NCBI GenBank assembly: GCA_964016885.1
Contig: CAXHJY010001554.1
Coordinates: 1 to 64,000 of the forward strand
From: Eledone cirrhosa
Taxonomy: Eukaryota
DNA length: 64,000 nt
Direction of reading: 5' to 3'
Positions 61,701-64,000 of this stretch are shown piece by piece; positions within the stretch are counted from its first letter, which is position 1, and the number at the start of each line of letters is the position of its first letter. A program made the position numbers and the translations under genes. The notes under the pieces are model-generated. The model made no database searches. It saw only the letters and a program-made list of their open reading frames with translations, and was not told where the DNA came from.

Positions 61701-64000
61701 ACTCAGGTAAACTATATTACTCAGGTAAATTATATTATGAGGTAAACTATATTACTGAGGTAAACTATATTACACAGGTAAACTATATTGTTGAGGTAAA
61801 CTATATTATTCAGGTAAACTGTAACAGGTAAACTATATTACGGAGGTAAACTGTTAGTCAGGTAAACTATACTACTCAGGTAAACTATATTACACAGGTA
61901 TACTATATTACTGAGGTAAACATTATTTCTCACGTAAACTATGTTGCTCGGGTAAATTATATTACTCAGGCAAACTATGTTACTCAGGTCAACTATATTA
62001 CTGAGGTGAACTATATTACTGAGGTGAACTATATTACTGAGGTAAAGCATATTACGGAGGTAAACTATATTACTCAGGTAAACCATATTTATGAGGTAAA
62101 CTATGTTACTGAGGTAAACTATGTTACTCAGGTAAACTATGTTACTCAGGTAAACTATATTCCTCAGGTAAACTATATTACTCAGACAAACTATATTACT
62201 GAAGTACACTATATTACTGAGGTAAACTATATTACAGAGGTAAACCATATTACTGAGGTAAACTATATTACAGAGGTAAACCATATTACTGAGGTAAACT
62301 ATATTACTGAGGTAAACTATATTACTGAGGTAAACTATATTACTGAGGTAAACTATATTACTCAGTTAAAGTATGTTACTCAGGTAAACTATATTACTGA
62401 GATAAACTATATTACTCAGGTAAACTATGTTACTCAGGTAAACTTTGTTACTGAGGTAACTATATTACTCAGGTAAATTATATTACACAGGTAAATTATG
62501 TTACTGAGGTAAATATGTTACTGAGGTAAACTATATTACACAGGTAAACTATATTACACAGGTAAACTATATTACACAGGTAAACTATATTACACAGGTA
62601 AACTATATTACTCAGGTAAACTATATTACTCAGGTAAACTATATTACTCAGGTAAACTATATTACTCAGGTAAACTATGGTACTCAGCTAAACTATATTA
62701 CTGAGGTAAACTATATTACTCAGGTAAACTATATTACTGAGGTACACTATATTACTCAGGTAAACTATATTACTCGGGTAAAGTATGTTACTGAGGTAAA
62801 CTATATTACTGAGGTAAACTATATTACTCAGGTAAACTATGTTAATCATTTAAACTTTGTTACTCATGTAAACTATGTTACTGAGGTAACTATATTACTC
62901 AGGTAAATTATATTACACAGGTAAATTATATTACTGAGGTAAAGTATGTTACTGAGGTAAAATATGTTACTGAGGTAAACTATATTACACAGGTAAACTG
63001 TATTGCTCAGGTAAACTATATTACTGTGTCAATCTATGTTACTCGGGTAAACTATGCTACTGAGGTAAACTATATTACTGGCGTAAACTATATTACTCAG
63101 TTAAACTATATTACTGAGGTAAACTATATTACTGAGGTAAACGATATTACTCAGGTAAACTATGTCACTCAGGTAAACTATATTATTGAGGTAAACTATA
63201 TTACTCAGGCAAACGATATTACTGACGTAAACAATATTACTCAGGTAAACTATATTACTCAGGTAAACTATATTACTCAGGTAAACTATATTACTCAGGT
63301 AAACTATATTACTCAGGTAAACTATATTACTCAGGTAAACTATATTACTCAGGTAAACTGTAACAGGTAAACTATATTACTGAGGTAAACTGTTACTCAG
63401 GTAAACTATATTACTCAGGTAAACTATATTACTCAGGTAAACTATATTACTCAGTTAAAGTATGTTATTCAGGTAAACTATATTACTGAGATAAACTATA
63501 TTACTCAGGTAAACTATGTTACTCAGGTAAACTTTGTTACTCAGGTAAACTTTGTTACTCAGGTAGACTTTGTTACTCAGGTAAACAATGTTACTGAGGT
63601 AACTATATTACTCTGGTAAATTATATTACACAGGTAAATTATATTACTGAGGTAAATATGTTACTGAGGTAAACTATATTACACAGGTAAACTATATTAC
63701 TGAGTTAAACTATGTTACTCAGGTAAACTATGTTAGTGAGGTAAACTATATTATTCAGGTAAACTGTAACAGGTAAACTATATTGCGGAGTTAAACTGTT
63801 ACTCAGGTAAACTATATTAGTCAGGTAAACTATATTACACAGTTATACTGTATTACTGAGGTAAACATTATTTCTCACGTAAACTATGTTGCTCGGGTAA
63901 ACGATATTATTCAGGTAAACTATATTACTCAGGTAAACTATATTACTCAGGTAAACTATATTACTCAGGCAAACTATATTACTCAGGCAAACTATGTTAC
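55712..64000. repeat. 18-bp satellite (AAACTATATTACT[C/G]AGGT)n running off the window end
   Basis: Read directly from the sequence; source of the VNYITQ/LSNIVY ORFs. Confidence 0.98.

Noticed and set aside
55694-63370. VNYITQ / LSNIVY repeat ORFs resembling a beta-solenoid protein
   Set aside because: The 18-bp unit is a multiple of 3, both strands are open, and indels break the frame often; this is satellite DNA.

Overview
Gene-free, extremely AT-rich, repeat-only animal DNA. The SINE and microsatellite style resembles an octopus/cephalopod genome (inference from recall, not a search). Bases 1-45 kb are a nest of Penelope-like retroelements (PLEs; RT plus C-terminal GIY-YIG) from at least 6-8 families (my labels A, A', B-G). 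They sit in multi-kb (TA)n arrays, mostly as 5'-truncated copies with inverted pseudo-LTRs (pLTRs). Nearly every family carries its own type-I hammerhead ribozyme (HHR) fold, identified here by eye. Many are atypical: stem II of 31-116 nt, an extended stem III, U3:A8 compensated cores, or a U4A core. One apparently full-length Neptune-like PLE has an upstream helical ORF1 joined to the RT ORF by an in-phase U_UUU_UUA -1 slippery site with a downstream hairpin. Six families share an RCTC...GAGY tail hairpin; in the five with paired copies it begins right where the short pLTR copy ends. Bases 46-64 kb hold SINEs, a non-autonomous Helitron, LTR-element remnants, a ~30-bp minisatellite and an 18-bp satellite. 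The long YI-, VCM- and VNYITQ-type ORFs are repeat artefacts. No host gene was found.
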